Virus record (IMG/VR): IMGVR_UViG_3300045988_174903
Span: 1-21,200 of that record
Source: a virus
Length of the DNA stretch: 21,200 bases
Strand: one strand, 5' to 3'
Below, one piece after another: positions 20,302 to 21,200 of the stretch. The position numbers and the translations under genes are program-made. Under the pieces are notes generated by a model. The model was not told where the DNA came from. It made no database searches and was given only the letters and a program-made list of their open reading frames with translations. Position 1 is the first letter of the stretch; the number at the start of each line of letters is the position of its first letter.

Positions 20302-21200
20302 TGACCGCCGCCCAGATGGAGATGATCGCCAACGACTACGCCGAACGCGCCTTTTTCGTGTCCGGCGTGGAGCCCGGCGTTATCCTGTCCGACTTTGAGG
20401 AAAAGGCGGGGAAGGTCGCCTCCGGCGCCCTGAGCTATGAAGAGGCGCAGCAGTCCATCCGCGAAACCCTGCGCCAGCAGGGCTACCGACCGCCGGCAAC
20501 GGGGCAGGGCGGCATTCAGGATTTGTCATCCTGGCTCCGCATCCAGGTCGTCATGGAAACCAATGCGGCCATGGCGCACGGCTACCGGAACTGGTACAAC
20601 TGGACACAGGACGACAGTACGGCCGCCTTCAAATTTTACCGCTCCCAGGGCCGGGAAGATCCCCGCTACTGGGCCGAACGCTGGAACCGGGCCAGAGCCG
20701 GATTGGAAGAAGAAGCCACGGAGGCAGTTTCTTCTGGTTTCATCCGCGGCGAAACCGTCGGCTACGCCCTGGCGGCCTCCGACATCTGGATTCGCCTCTC
20801 GCGCTTCGGAACGCCTTATCCTCCCTTCGATTACCTTTCCGGCATGAACATTGCCCCCGTGGGAGCCGAAGAAGCCCGCGCGGCCGGACTGGAGGTTTCC
20901 CGCGTCCGTCTCGCTCCCGCCAGCTTCAACGCCACTCTGGAAAGCAATACTATAAGTATCACGAACGCCAATAAAAAGAAGATCCGCCGCATCCTGAAAG
21001 ACGCCGTGCGTGTTAAAACCGAGAACGACCGCAATACCACCTTTACCTACACCGACCCGAACGGGACGCGCCCTTACACGGACGCGGAACTGGCGGAAGT
21101 CCTGTCCGGGGATTTCCCAGAAGAGATCCCCTTGCGCCAGGCCCAGGCGTTCCGTCTGGCGGCAGCCGGGGGAGCCGGGGCCGCAAGGCAGGCTGCCGTT
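20298..21200 (+). CDS. Structural/morphogenesis protein, 5' partial view (ORF runs off the window; absent from the ORF track)
   Basis: I translated from ATGATG at 20298 and the frame stays open to 21200 (MMTAAQMEMIANDYAERAFFVSG...NWYNWTQDD...DPRYWAERWN...). ATGA overlap with the previous gene. Third codon positions are strongly G/C-biased. Confidence 0.65.
   Translation, partial: MMTAAQMEMIANDYAERAFFVSGVEPGVILSDFEEKAGKVASGALSYEEAQQSIRETLRQQGYRPPATGQGGIQDLSSWLRIQVVMETNAAMAHGYRNWYNWTQDDSTAAFKFYRSQGREDPRYWAERWNRARAGLEEEATEAVSSGFIRGETVGYALAASDIWIRLSRFGTPYPPFDYLSGMNIAPVGAEEARAAGLEVSRVRLAPASFNATLESNTISITNANKKKIRRILKDAVRVKTENDRNTTFTYTDPNGTRPYTDAELAEVLSGDFPEEIPLRQAQAFRLAAAGGAGAARQAAV

Larger units (their letters stand above)
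421..21200. mobile_element. Integrated temperate phage (prophage), left end at the tRNA-Ser 3' side; continues beyond the window
   Basis: The integrase lies directly downstream of the tRNA. It is followed by contiguous phage recombination, replication, packaging and head modules. The right end (attR) is not in the window. Confidence 0.85.

Noticed and set aside
20437-20847. 136-aa plus-strand ORF listed in the track.
   Set aside because: It is an off-frame, Arg/Pro/Ser-rich read of the longer ORF that starts at 20298 and stays open to the end of the window.

Overview
This window is the left part of an integrated temperate phage, inserted immediately 3' of a tRNA-Ser(GCU) gene.

Gene order:
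- tRNA-Ser, then a terminator and junction repeats, then a tyrosine integrase.
- An AT-rich accessory island: a C18 homopolymer, an unlisted 48-aa membrane peptide, two overlapping ribbon-helix-helix (RHH) genes, and a convergent SieB-family superinfection-exclusion gene.
- A long plus-strand early operon: two Xis/HTH_17-like proteins, RecT plus a YqaJ-type exonuclease, DUF1064-like and MmcB-like PD-(D/E)xK nucleases, an ASCH-like protein, a Dam-type methyltransferase, a replisome organizer with an internal iteron/AT-rich ori, and a DnaC-like loader.
- An AT-rich island transcribed mainly on the minus strand: a very acidic 107-aa protein, a 434-aa protein made of one N-terminal HTH plus seven tandem HTH repeats, a candidate plus-strand structured RNA, and a double zinc-ribbon protein.
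- A GC-rich Mu-like/HK97-type head module: TerS, TerL, DUF935-type portal, gpI-type protease/scaffold, decoration-like protein, major capsid, a gp36-like protein, and one ORF that runs off the window.

Most unusual observations:
1. The eight-HTH repeat protein and its acidic partner, under a palindromic promoter/operator.
2. Four late genes (TerS, TerL, portal, major capsid) have conserved-looking N-terminal coding sequence upstream of any ATG/GTG/TTG. Each has an in-frame AGG exactly where a start codon is expected.
3. A 22-nt string matching the pUC polylinker at 21/22 positions lies directly in front of TerS.
4. A C18 tract lies next to the accessory island.
5. Three tetraloop hairpins, strand-asymmetric in their stability, suggest a plus-strand ncRNA.

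All family assignments come from recognising motifs by eye. No searches were run.
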